Shown piece by piece: positions 14,480 to 24,879 of a stretch of 64,000 nucleotides of DNA (position 1 is the first letter of the stretch; every line of letters starts with the position of its first letter). The DNA comes from Escherichia coli. Lineage in GTDB: Bacteria; Pseudomonadota; Gammaproteobacteria; Enterobacterales; Enterobacteriaceae. The stretch lies in NCBI RefSeq assembly GCF_965641715.1, contig NZ_OZ282453.1. One strand, 5' to 3'. Both the position numbers and the translations under genes were made by a program. The notes under the pieces were generated by a model. It ran no database searches and had not been told where the DNA came from. It saw nothing but the letters and a program-made list of their open reading frames with translations.

Positions 14480-15151
14480 ATGCGCGTACTGGTTGTTGAA
14501 GACAATGCGTTGTTACGTCACCACCTTAAAGTTCAGATTCAGGATGCTGGTCATCAGGTCGATGATGCAGAAGATGCCAAAGAAGCCGATTATTATCTCA
14601 ATGAACATTTACCGGATATTGCGATTGTCGATCTCGGATTGCCAGACGAGGACGGTCTGTCACTGATTCGCCGCTGGCGTAGCAATGATGTTTCACTGCC
14701 GATTCTGGTATTAACCGCCCGTGAAAGCTGGCAGGACAAAGTCGAAGTATTAAGTGCCGGTGCTGATGATTACGTGACTAAACCATTTCATATTGAAGAG
14801 GTGATGGCGCGAATGCAGGCATTAATGCGGCGTAATAGCGGCCTGGCTTCACAGGTCATTTCGCTCCCCCCGTTTCAGGTTGATCTCTCTCGCCGTGAAT
14901 TATCTATTAATGACGAAGTGATCAAACTGACCGCGTTCGAATACACCATTATGGAAACGTTGATACGCAATAATGGCAAAGTGGTCAGCAAAGATTCGTT
15001 AATGCTACAACTCTATCCGGATGCGGAGCTGCGGGAAAGCCATACCATTGATGTACTGATGGGACGTCTGCGCAAAAAAATTCAGGCACAATATCCGCAA
15101 GAAGTGATTACTACCGTTCGCGGCCAGGGCTATTTGTTCGAATTGCGCTGA
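14480..15151 (+). CDS. phoP: Response regulator PhoP
   Basis: 223 aa [19 protein letters not shown]...; receiver plus winged-helix domains. Confidence 0.95.
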   Translation: MRVLVVEDNALLRHHLKVQIQDAGHQVDDAEDAKEADYYLNEHLPDIAIVDLGLPDEDGLSLIRRWRSNDVSLPILVLTARESWQDKVEVLSAGADDYVTKPFHIEEVMARMQALMRRNSGLASQVISLPPFQVDLSRRELSINDEVIKLTAFEYTIMETLIRNNGKVVSKDSLMLQLYPDAELRESHTIDVLMGRLRKKIQAQYPQEVITTVRGQGYLFELR

Positions 15152-16611
15152 TGAAAAAATTACTGCGTCTTTTTTTCCCGCTCTCGCTGCGGGTACGTTT
15201 TCTGTTAGCAACGGCAGCAGTAGTATTAGTGCTTTCGCTTGCCTACGGAATGGTCGCGCTGATCGGTTATAGCGTCAGTTTCGATAAAACTACGTTTCGG
15301 CTGTTACGTGGCGAGAGCAATCTGTTCTATACCCTTGCGAAGTGGGAAAACAATAAGCTGCATGTCGAGTTACCCGAAAATATCGACAAGCAAAGCCCCA
15401 CCATGACGCTAATTTATGATGAGAACGGGCAGCTTTTATGGACGCAACGTGACGTGCCCTGGCTGATGAAGATGATCCAGCCTGACTGGCTGAAATCGAA
15501 TGGTTTTCATGAAATTGAAGCGGATGTTAACGATACCAGCCTCTTGCTGAGTGGAGATCATTCGATACAGCAACAGTTGCAGGAAGTGCGGGAAGATGAT
15601 GACGACGCGGAGATGACCCACTCGGTGGCGGTAAACGTCTACCCGGCAACATCGCGGATGCCAAAGTTAACCATTGTGGTGGTGGATACCATTCCGGTGG
15701 AGCTAAAAAGTTCCTATATGGTCTGGAGCTGGTTTATCTATGTGCTCTCAGCCAATCTGCTGTTAGTGATCCCGCTGCTGTGGGTCGCCGCCTGGTGGAG
15801 TTTACGCCCCATCGAAGCCCTGGCAAAAGAAGTCCGCGAACTGGAAGAACATAACCGCGAATTGCTCAATCCAGCCACAACGCGAGAACTGACCAGTCTG
15901 GTACGAAACCTGAACCGATTGTTAAAAAGTGAACGCGAACGTTACGACAAATACCGTACGACGCTCACCGACCTGACCCATAGTCTGAAAACGCCACTGG
16001 CGGTGCTGCAAAGTACGCTGCGTTCTCTGCGTAGTGAAAAGATGAGCGTCAGTGATGCTGAACCGGTAATGCTGGAGCAAATCAGCCGCATTTCACAGCA
16101 AATTGGCTACTACCTGCATCGTGCCAGTATGCGCGGCGGGACATTGCTTAGCCGCGAGCTGCATCCGGTCGCCCCACTGCTGGACAATCTCACCTCGGCG
16201 CTGAACAAAGTGTATCAACGCAAAGGGGTCAATATCTCTCTCGATATTTCGCCAGAGATCAGCTTTGTCGGTGAGCAGAACGATTTTGTCGAGGTGATGG
16301 GCAATGTGCTGGATAATGCCTGTAAATATTGCCTCGAGTTTGTCGAAATTTCTGCAAGGCAAACCGACGAGCATCTCTATATTGTGGTCGAGGATGATGG
16401 ACCCGGTATTCCATTAAGCAAGCGAGAGGTCATTTTCGACCGTGGTCAACGGGTTGATACTTTACGCCCTGGGCAAGGTGTAGGGCTGGCGGTAGCCCGC
16501 GAAATCACCGAGCAATATGAGGGTAAAATCGTCGCCGGAGAGAGCATGCTGGGCGGTGCGCGGATGGAGGTGATTTTTGGTCGCCAGCATTCTGCGCCGA
16601 AAGATGAATAA
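15151..16611 (+). CDS. phoQ: Sensor histidine kinase PhoQ
   Basis: 486 aa; TM helices, H-box [11 protein letters not shown], ATPase domain; start overlaps the phoP stop. Confidence 0.95.
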   Translation: MKKLLRLFFPLSLRVRFLLATAAVVLVLSLAYGMVALIGYSVSFDKTTFRLLRGESNLFYTLAKWENNKLHVELPENIDKQSPTMTLIYDENGQLLWTQRDVPWLMKMIQPDWLKSNGFHEIEADVNDTSLLLSGDHSIQQQLQEVREDDDDAEMTHSVAVNVYPATSRMPKLTIVVVDTIPVELKSSYMVWSWFIYVLSANLLLVIPLLWVAAWWSLRPIEALAKEVRELEEHNRELLNPATTRELTSLVRNLNRLLKSERERYDKYRTTLTDLTHSLKTPLAVLQSTLRSLRSEKMSVSDAEPVMLEQISRISQQIGYYLHRASMRGGTLLSRELHPVAPLLDNLTSALNKVYQRKGVNISLDISPEISFVGEQNDFVEVMGNVLDNACKYCLEFVEISARQTDEHLYIVVEDDGPGIPLSKREVIFDRGQRVDTLRPGQGVGLAVAREITEQYEGKIVAGESMLGGARMEVIFGRQHSAPKDE

Positions 16612-16686
16612 ATATGTCCATACTTCACGCATTACGTTAAGCATCCGTTATAATCGGTTGCAGATACCAGCCTGTGGATGCTTAAC

Positions 16687-17808
16687 ATGGAATACCAACT
16701 CACTCTTAACTGGCCCGATTTTCTTGAACGTCACTGGCAGAAACGCCCGGTGGTGTTAAAACGCGGCTTTAATAATTTTATTGACCCGATCTCTCCAGAC
16801 GAGTTGGCGGGTCTGGCGATGGAAAGCGAAGTCGACAGTCGACTGGTCAGTCACCAGGATGGCAAATGGCAGGTCAGCCACGGTCCGTTCGAAAGCTACG
16901 ATCATCTCGGTGAAACTAACTGGTCATTGTTAGTGCAAGCAGTGAATCACTGGCATGAGCCGACCGCCGCGCTGATGCGACCGTTCCGTGAACTACCGGA
17001 CTGGCGTATTGATGATCTGATGATCTCTTTTTCTGTACCTGGCGGCGGCGTCGGCCCGCATCTCGATCAGTACGACGTGTTTATCATTCAGGGTACCGGT
17101 CGTCGTCGCTGGCGAGTGGGCGAAAAGCTGCAAATGAAACAGCACTGTCCGCACCCGGATCTGTTACAGGTCGATCCGTTCGAAGCCATCATCGATGAAG
17201 AGCTGGAGCCTGGCGATATTCTTTATATTCCGCCAGGATTCCCGCATGAAGGCTACGCGCTGGAAAATGCGATGAACTATTCCGTGGGTTTTCGCGCGCC
17301 AAATACGCGGGAATTAATTAGCGGATTTGCCGATTATGTGCTGCAACGTGAACTGGGCGGCAACTACTACAGCGATCCGGATGTTCCACCTCGCGCTCAT
17401 CCTGCGGATGTTCTGCCGCAAGAGATGGATAAACTGCGTGAGATGATGCTCGAATTGATCAACCAGCCGGAACACTTTAAGCAATGGTTTGGCGAGTTTA
17501 TATCCCAGTCACGTCATGAACTGGATATCGCGCCGCCAGAGCCGCCTTATCAGCCGGATGAAATCTACGATGCGCTGAAACAAGGTGATGTGCTGGTGCG
17601 CCTGGGTGGTCTGCGCGTATTGCGCATTGGCGACGACGTGTATGCCAATGGTGAGAAGATCGATTCCCCGCACCGTCCGGCACTGGATGCACTCGCCAGC
17701 AACATTGCGCTGACTGCGGAGAATTTTGGCGATGCGCTGGAAGATCCGTCATTCCTCGCGATGCTCGCGGCGCTGGTCAATAGCGGGTATTGGTTCTTCG
17801 AAGGGTAA
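16687..17808 (+). CDS. roxA: Ribosomal oxygenase RoxA (YcfD), JmjC/cupin
   Basis: ORF 16678-17808; MEYQLTLNWPDFLERHWQKRPVVLKRGF. Confidence 0.8.
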   Translation: MEYQLTLNWPDFLERHWQKRPVVLKRGFNNFIDPISPDELAGLAMESEVDSRLVSHQDGKWQVSHGPFESYDHLGETNWSLLVQAVNHWHEPTAALMRPFRELPDWRIDDLMISFSVPGGGVGPHLDQYDVFIIQGTGRRRWRVGEKLQMKQHCPHPDLLQVDPFEAIIDEELEPGDILYIPPGFPHEGYALENAMNYSVGFRAPNTRELISGFADYVLQRELGGNYYSDPDVPPRAHPADVLPQEMDKLREMMLELINQPEHFKQWFGEFISQSRHELDIAPPEPPYQPDEIYDALKQGDVLVRLGGLRVLRIGDDVYANGEKIDSPHRPALDALASNIALTAENFGDALEDPSFLAMLAALVNSGYWFFEG

Positions 17809-17856
17809 GTTTGGATTTAAGCCGGATGCGGCATCACATGCCGCATCCCTTTTCGC

Positions 17857-19083
17857 TTACTTCCGTTGCGCCGTTAACTCGGCAATACGGACGATCACCT
17901 GCACCGCTTTTTCCATACCTTCCAGAGTCACAAACTCATGCTTACCATGATAGTTGTAACCGCCAGTGAACAGGTTCGGGCACGGTAATCCCATAAACGA
18001 CAACTGCGCGCCGTCGGTACCACCGCGGATCGGTTTCAGTTCCGGTTCAATATCGCAGTCACGCATCGCCTGCTGGGCGATATCGAGAATATGCGGATGC
18101 TCAACCACTTTCTCGCGCATATTGTAGTAACTGTCTTCAATCACCAATTCAATGTAGCAATCAGGATGTAACCCTTTGCCCACTTTTTTGGCGATCTCCA
18201 TCATTTTACGTTTACGCGCTTCAAACTGTTTACGGTCGAAATCACGGATGATGTAGTGCATATCGGCCCGTTCAACGGTGCCTTTCATGCTCGCCAGGTG
18301 ATAGAAACCTTCATAGCCTTCTGTCATTTCCGGGCTTTCATCCGCCGGAACTTCCGCATGAATACGTGCCGCCAGCGACAGCGCATTTACCATCACTCCT
18401 TTCGCCGTGCCCGGATGAACATTGTTACCGACAATTTTGATATTGACCGATGCGGCGTTGAAGTTTTCAAACTCCAGTTCGCCTACGCCACCACCATCAA
18501 CAGTGTAAGCCCAGCGGGCATCGAAGGCATCAACATCAAAATGTTTCGCCCCTTTGCCCACTTCTTCATCCGGGGTAAAGGCGACGCGAATATCACCATG
18601 CGGAATGTTTTTCTGTTGCAATACCGCCAGCGCGGTCATGATTTCTGCAATACCTGCTTTGTCATCGGCACCTAACAAGGTTTTACCATCGGTGGTAATC
18701 AGCGTCTGACCCAGTAGCTGATGCAGCACCGGGAACATAACCGGTGATAAAACTTCATCGCCGATACCCAGCGCAATATCGCCACCGCGATAGTTTTCAA
18801 CAATTTGCGGATTAACATTTTTGCCGCTGCAATCCGGTGAGGTATCCACATGAGAAATAAAGCCAATCGCCGGGATATCGCCAGGGACGTTAGCCGGTAA
18901 CGTCGCCATCAAAGTGCCCTTCTCACTTAAGGTCACATTGATAAGCCCCATCTCTTCGAGCTGCTCTTTCAGCAGATGCAATAACTTCCATTGGCCTTCC
19001 GTGCTGGGAACCTGTCTCACCCCTGCTTTTGATTGGGTATCCAGAGACACGTAGTTCAAAAATCGCTCAAGTAGTTTATCCAT
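17857..19083 (-). CDS. pepT: Peptidase T (tripeptide aminopeptidase)
   Basis: ORF 17857-19125; M20 peptidase motifs; likely start [16 protein letters not shown]. Confidence 0.9.
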   Translation of the reverse strand: MDKLLERFLNYVSLDTQSKAGVRQVPSTEGQWKLLHLLKEQLEEMGLINVTLSEKGTLMATLPANVPGDIPAIGFISHVDTSPDCSGKNVNPQIVENYRGGDIALGIGDEVLSPVMFPVLHQLLGQTLITTDGKTLLGADDKAGIAEIMTALAVLQQKNIPHGDIRVAFTPDEEVGKGAKHFDVDAFDARWAYTVDGGGVGELEFENFNAASVNIKIVGNNVHPGTAKGVMVNALSLAARIHAEVPADESPEMTEGYEGFYHLASMKGTVERADMHYIIRDFDRKQFEARKRKMMEIAKKVGKGLHPDCYIELVIEDSYYNMREKVVEHPHILDIAQQAMRDCDIEPELKPIRGGTDGAQLSFMGLPCPNLFTGGYNYHGKHEFVTLEGMEKAVQVIVRIAELTAQRK

Positions 19084-19332
19084 GTAGTCACCCTCACTTT
19101 TTGTGACAACATTATTAAGAAGCAAGAAAAGACAAATATTGCGTCAGGTCACTTTTACCCCTGCAAGCGGGAATATTTATCAGCATTACCTTAATGAATA
19201 TAAAGCTAAGCCAGTAATTCACAACAAAGATTGGCGATTCAAGCGGTTTGCCGTAGAATTACCGCCCTCATTAAGAGTCACCAAGGTGGTTAACCACAAA
19301 CCCCGCATCGGTAAGCCATCCGTTGCGTTTAC

Positions 19333-20469
19333 ATGGGACAGAGTAAAAAATTGAATAAACAACCGAGTTCGCTTTCACCGCTGGTGCAATTGGCGGGAAT
19401 TCGCAAATGCTTTGATGGTAAAGAGGTCATTCCCCAGCTGGATCTGACTATCAACAATGGCGAGTTCCTCACGCTGCTTGGCCCTTCTGGCTGCGGTAAA
19501 ACAACCGTTCTTCGCCTGATTGCAGGTCTGGAAACTGTTGATTCCGGACGCATCATGCTGGATAACGAGGACATCACCCACGTTCCGGCGGAAAACCGCT
19601 ATGTGAACACTGTTTTCCAAAGCTACGCACTTTTCCCCCACATGACCGTGTTCGAAAATGTGGCCTTTGGGTTGCGCATGCAAAAAACCCCCGCTGCTGA
19701 AATTACGCCCCGCGTGATGGAAGCCCTGCGGATGGTGCAGCTGGAAACCTTCGCTCAACGCAAACCGCATCAGCTCTCTGGTGGTCAACAGCAACGCGTC
19801 GCCATTGCTCGCGCGGTGGTTAACAAGCCTCGTCTGTTGTTGCTGGATGAGTCGCTCTCAGCGCTGGATTACAAACTGCGTAAGCAAATGCAGAACGAGC
19901 TGAAAGCGTTACAGCGTAAGCTTGGCATTACATTCGTCTTCGTGACTCACGATCAGGAAGAAGCACTCACCATGTCAGACAGGATTGTGGTGATGCGCGA
20001 TGGTCGCATTGAGCAAGACGGCACGCCGCGTGAAATCTACGAAGAGCCGAAAAACCTGTTTGTTGCCGGCTTCATTGGCGAAATCAATATGTTTAACGCC
20101 ACTGTCATCGAACGTCTCGACGAGCAGCGCGTACGCGCCAACGTTGAAGGCCGCGAATGTAATATCTACGTTAACTTCGCCGTTGAACCGGGGCAAAAAC
20201 TGCATGTTCTGCTGCGCCCGGAAGACTTACGTGTTGAAGAGATTAACGACGACAACCACGCTGAAGGGCTGATTGGTTACGTTCGCGAGCGTAACTACAA
20301 AGGCATGACGCTGGAGTCGGTTGTTGAACTGGAAAATGGCAAGATGGTGATGGTCAGCGAATTCTTCAATGAAGACGATCCTGACTTTGACCACTCTCTC
20401 GACCAAAAAATGGCCATTAATTGGGTAGAAAGCTGGGAGGTCGTACTGGCTGATGAAGAACACAAGTAA
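19333..20469 (+). CDS. potA: Spermidine/putrescine ABC transporter ATPase
   Basis: 378 aa; Walker [13 protein letters not shown] signature [14 protein letters not shown]. Confidence 0.95.
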
Positions 20470-21316
20470 GTTCCAGAATGTAGTGATTGTCACTATTGTC
20501 GGTTGGCTTGTGTTGTTTGTCTTTCTGCCCAACCTGATGATCATTGGCACCAGCTTTTTGACCCGCGACGACGCCAGTTTCGTCAAAATGGTCTTTACGC
20601 TGGATAACTACACGCGTCTGCTCGATCCGCTCTATTTTGAAGTGCTATTGCACTCGCTGAATATGGCGCTGATCGCCACCCTCGCCTGCCTGGTGCTGGG
20701 CTACCCGTTTGCCTGGTTTCTGGCGAAGCTGCCACACAAGGTGCGTCCGCTGCTGCTGTTTCTGCTGATTGTTCCCTTCTGGACCAACTCACTGATTCGC
20801 ATCTACGGGCTGAAAATTTTCCTCAGCACCAAAGGCTACCTCAACGAGTTTTTGCTCTGGCTGGGCGTTATCGACACACCAATTCGTATCATGTTCACGC
20901 CCAGTGCGGTGATTATCGGTCTGGTTTACATTCTGCTGCCGTTTATGGTGATGCCACTGTACTCCAGTATCGAAAAACTGGATAAGCCGTTGCTTGAGGC
21001 GGCGCGCGATCTCGGTGCCAGCAAGTTACAGACTTTTATCCGCATCATTATTCCACTGACGATGCCGGGGATTATTGCCGGATGTCTGCTGGTGATGCTG
21101 CCAGCGATGGGCCTGTTCTATGTGTCCGACCTGATGGGCGGTGCGAAAAACCTGCTGATCGGTAACGTCATCAAGGTCCAGTTCCTTAATATTCGTGACT
21201 GGCCGTTTGGTGCAGCTACCAGCATTACGCTGACTATCGTAATGGGCCTGATGTTGCTGGTTTACTGGCGCGCTTCTCGTTTGCTGAATAAGAAGGTGAG
21301 CGAATTAGATGATTAA
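20453..21316 (+). CDS. potB: Spermidine/putrescine ABC transporter permease
   Basis: 287-aa ORF with multiple TM helices; overlaps potA end; prophage DNA begins within about 430 bp downstream. Confidence 0.9.
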
Positions 21317-21749
21317 TCCTTTATATTCAATGCATTAAGTTTGTTTTTGAGTGGTTTTGCCGTTTAAGGTAACGACGTTATAGATCCTATCAAAATCAAT
21401 CAATTCCATTCTGGTTTTGGAGAAAGATTTTTCGAGAGCTTCGGTCTTTAACTAAAACTGATTGCGTATAATCCCAATACCCCTCCCCGACTATCTGAAT
21501 GGTCGGGGAGGCACTTCAAGCACAAAATATCATCCCTGCGCCGTTGATTACTCTGCAGGTGAAGTCGGCCACTCAATATCAGGTGCAGTTGATGTATCAA
21601 CACGGTTCAGCAACACCCGATACTTTTTCCAGGTTGTTACCAGACTCACATTCGTTCATTAATATGTCCTGTGATTTGCGTGCGGTGAGGTAGCCTTTTC
21701 CCAACCTCACCATCATCCGGCAATTTGTATTTATCACAAACGGCCTGTA

Positions 21750-24152
21750 TCAGTTGTCTGTTGCACCAACCATACCCGCAAATTTGAGCCATTGTCCTGA
21801 TGGACTTCTGTTACCGCGGTAGTGATAAACAAGGATTGCATTTGTTACTCCACCATAGTCAGCTTTATGTGATGTGGTTAAGCGAATTGTATAATCACCA
21901 TCGGGCAGGTTAAAAACTTCAATTACAGTCCCTGCTAATTCAACCGCTCCAAACCCCGTTATATTGTTGATGCTGCCCGCATTGAATCCCATCATATCGC
22001 CAAAACCAATCCAGTACTTTTTGCTGAACGCACCATTTGACCTCAGGTGGTTAATAAATGTGGACATACTCATGCCCATTTCGCCGCCAGTTATGGCTGA
22101 TGTACGTACCGAAATACTTGGCAGAGCACTACTCTTCACATAAGAGCTCAGAAGATTTATGACTTCTGTTTTCGTATAAGCATTAACGTTAGCCGCAGTC
22201 AACGTTATATCCGCAGTGCCATCAAACTTCACACCAGCAATTTCCCTTGCAGTCTGCAATTTCGTGGCACTGGCTGCGTTACCCGTTGTATCCTGATTGC
22301 CTGCCGCATTCACCCCCGGGATCAAATCTTTTACTGTATAAATCTGCGCCCAGTCCGACTCAAACCCATACTCATCCCGTGAGGAACGATAAAACAGCCC
22401 ACCATTTTTATAATTGGCCCTGATTTGCAACGTCCGGCAACTTCCACCCCCTGTATAGAAGTTTGCAACAATATAGCTGCTGCCTGTCCGGGTGACATTG
22501 TATGCACCAGATTTGGCATTCCACGGAACGCCTCCCTCTGACTCTGCGTGCACACCGGACGATCCAAGAGCAAAAGCAGAGACATCTGCAGCGGACAGCC
22601 TGATGTCTGATTTCAATGCCTTACCATTCACCTTACGACCAGATGGAACCCGGTCATTTGCATTATCATTCACCGCTTTCACCGCCATTGGTGTTGCCGC
22701 CAGCGATTCACTGTCACTGTCCGTGGCACTGCTGAGCTGTACCACCCCCTTTCTCGTCGTGCTCGCATCCTCTAGCGCCACGGCAGATGCAATATCCTCT
22801 GCCCGTTTTGCTGCTGTCTCGGCACGCGTTGCTGCAGATTCCGACGTACTTTTGCTCTGAGCTGCCGCTGTCGCACTACCAGCTGCCTCTGTCGCCTTCG
22901 TGGATGCCGTCGTGGCACTGACCTTCGCCTCTGACGCCTGTCTTACCGCCTCATCTTTTGAAGCAGACGCCGATGATGCTGATGACGCCGCCGAACTGGC
23001 GGACGATGCGGCTGCCGTTTCTGAGGCTCCTGCGCGGGTTTCCGACGCTTTCGCATTCGTCTCAGATGTCTTCGCTGCGGAAGCAGAACTCGCAGCTGCA
23101 GTGGCCTGTTCAGTGGCTTCGCCAGCCTTCGTTGTGGCTGTTGAAGCGGACGATGCAGCGCTTTCTGCCGATTTTCCGGCGGCAGCGGCACTGGCTACAG
23201 CCTCCCCTGCCTTCACTGATGCCTCACGGGCCGATGATGCAGCCGCGGTTTCTGAGCCTGCCGCAGCTGAGGCACTCTGTCCCGCTGCCGTTTCAGAAGA
23301 CCTGGCGTTCGTCTCGGACGTTTTTGCCGCTTTCGCGGAATTGCCTGCCGCTGTTGCCGAGGAAGCTGCGCTACTGGCGCTCGAGGATGCGTTCGTTTCT
23401 GATGATTTTGCCGCCTCTTTTGAAGCCGCCGCATCCCGGGCTGAGGTGGCAGCTTCTGACGCTTTCGTAGTCGCGGTGGATGCAGAAGTGGCTGCTGATT
23501 GTTGTGACGCTGCCGCATTCGTTTCTGACGTTTTCGCGGCACTGGCACTGGTAGCTGCCGCGCTTTTTGAGGACTCTGCAGCGGCAGCACTTTTTGATGC
23601 TTCAGTGGCCTTTGTTGATGCCGTTCCTGCGCTGGAAGTCGCTGACTGAGCCGACGACGCGGCCTGTCCGGCTGACGTGCTGGCTGCGCGTGCTGAGTCC
23701 GCAGCATCAGTCGCATGGGTTGCCGCCTCACGGGCTGATGTGCTGGCATCACTGGCTGACTTCTTCGCGGCTGCCGTGTTCTGTGCCACCACGGACGCGT
23801 TACGCGCCACCTCTTCCACCATCAGCTCAAAACGGCGCAGTGCCTCCGGACGGGCATCATCCTCCGTCATGGCACCGAGAAAATCATTCAGCGTACCGGG
23901 TCGGGAATCTTCATACACGGTGATGGTCCCGGCATGTGACGGCGGGAATCCTTCCACCAACAGAATAACGCTGTACTGACCGTACTCAACGTCCATGCTG
24001 TAACGCCCGGCTTCATCCGGATTTTCTGAGGCCAGCGTGTTCACCACCACCGTGGTACTGTTACGTTTTGCTTTCAGCTGGATTGTGCAGTTCTGTACCG
24101 GTTTTCCTGTGCCGTCTTTCAGTACACCTGAAATCTTTACTGCCATATTCAC
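21750..24152 (-). CDS. Phage tail fibre protein with Ala/Ser-rich repetitive shaft
   Basis: 800 aa; N-terminus MNMAVKISGVLKDGTGKPVQNCTIQLKA; long low-complexity repeat region; follows lom as the lambda side tail fibre does. Confidence 0.8.
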   Translation of the reverse strand: MNMAVKISGVLKDGTGKPVQNCTIQLKAKRNSTTVVVNTLASENPDEAGRYSMDVEYGQYSVILLVEGFPPSHAGTITVYEDSRPGTLNDFLGAMTEDDARPEALRRFELMVEEVARNASVVAQNTAAAKKSASDASTSAREAATHATDAADSARAASTSAGQAASSAQSATSSAGTASTKATEASKSAAAAESSKSAAATSASAAKTSETNAAASQQSAATSASTATTKASEAATSARDAAASKEAAKSSETNASSSASSAASSATAAGNSAKAAKTSETNARSSETAAGQSASAAAGSETAAASSAREASVKAGEAVASAAAAGKSAESAASSASTATTKAGEATEQATAAASSASAAKTSETNAKASETRAGASETAAASSASSAASSASSASASKDEAVRQASEAKVSATTASTKATEAAGSATAAAQSKSTSESAATRAETAAKRAEDIASAVALEDASTTRKGVVQLSSATDSDSESLAATPMAVKAVNDNANDRVPSGRKVNGKALKSDIRLSAADVSAFALGSSGVHAESEGGVPWNAKSGAYNVTRTGSSYIVANFYTGGGSCRTLQIRANYKNGGLFYRSSRDEYGFESDWAQIYTVKDLIPGVNAAGNQDTTGNAASATKLQTAREIAGVKFDGTADITLTAANVNAYTKTEVINLLSSYVKSSALPSISVRTSAITGGEMGMSMSTFINHLRSNGAFSKKYWIGFGDMMGFNAGSINNITGFGAVELAGTVIEVFNLPDGDYTIRLTTSHKADYGGVTNAILVYHYRGNRSPSGQWLKFAGMVGATDN
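22895..23825 (-). repeat. Imperfect tandem coding repeats inside the tail fibre gene (peptide units containing KTSETNA / SSASSA)
   Basis: KTSETNA and KSSETNA units recur at least four times in the translation; many long antisense ORFs in this interval are a by-product. Confidence 0.6.
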
Positions 24153-24210
24153 CCCACAAAAAAGCCCGCCTGAACCGGCGGGCTGTCATAACACTGTGTT
24201 ACCTGGCTAA

Positions 24211-24810
24211 TCAGAATTTATAACCGACACCCACGATGAAACCGTCAGTGCGCCAGTCACCACTGCCGGAGCCTTCATAAGCGACATCAATGGCCACGGA
24301 TTCGGTCGGGTTAAACTGCACGCCAGCCCCCCACGCCAGAGACGTGTTGCTGTGGCGACCGTCATCACTTCCGGTCAGCACGTCGTGCGTTTTCCCCTTG
24401 TTATCAGTTACGCGGAGATAATCCCCGGAAAAAGTCGACACACGGCTGTAAGCCACACCCGCCATCGCATACGCGCTGAACCATTCATTCACGCGCACAG
24501 ACGGCCCCGCCATCACGCTGAACCAGCGGTTACGCACGGAATCTTCATGCCAGCGGGTATCGCTGTAACGGGTCAGCTGGCGATTCTTGTCTCCTGCATA
24601 GCTGAACGACGTCACCATCCCCAGTGTGTCCGTAAACTCATAACGGTATTTCACGTTAATCCCGTTCAGATCATCGCTGCCGGGGACGTTCGTCGAGGCA
24701 TGAAGATAGCCCGCGCTCAGCGTGGACTGATGTTCAGACGCCCATGCAGGCGCACAGGATGCGGCCAGACAAATGGCTGCGGACAAAATGGCGGCATAAA
24801 GTTTACGCAT
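24211..24810 (-). CDS. lom: Lom-like outer-membrane beta-barrel protein
   Basis: 199 aa; signal peptide MRKLYAAILSAAICLAASCAPAWA; C-terminal aromatic residue; position between J and tail fibre. Confidence 0.85.
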   Translation of the reverse strand: MRKLYAAILSAAICLAASCAPAWASEHQSTLSAGYLHASTNVPGSDDLNGINVKYRYEFTDTLGMVTSFSYAGDKNRQLTRYSDTRWHEDSVRNRWFSVMAGPSVRVNEWFSAYAMAGVAYSRVSTFSGDYLRVTDNKGKTHDVLTGSDDGRHSNTSLAWGAGVQFNPTESVAIDVAYEGSGSGDWRTDGFIVGVGYKF

Positions 24811-24879
24811 AATTACCTCTCGCTTTTCTGCAATAAAAAAGGCACCATTTCTGGTGCCCTTATCTGGGTTATAAATATT

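Noticed and set aside
22492-23979. Multiple 100-250 aa ORFs on both strands in the tail fibre repeat region
   Set aside because: By-products of the stop-poor Ala/Ser-rich repeats of the tail fibre gene; Pro/Arg/Gln-rich junk composition.
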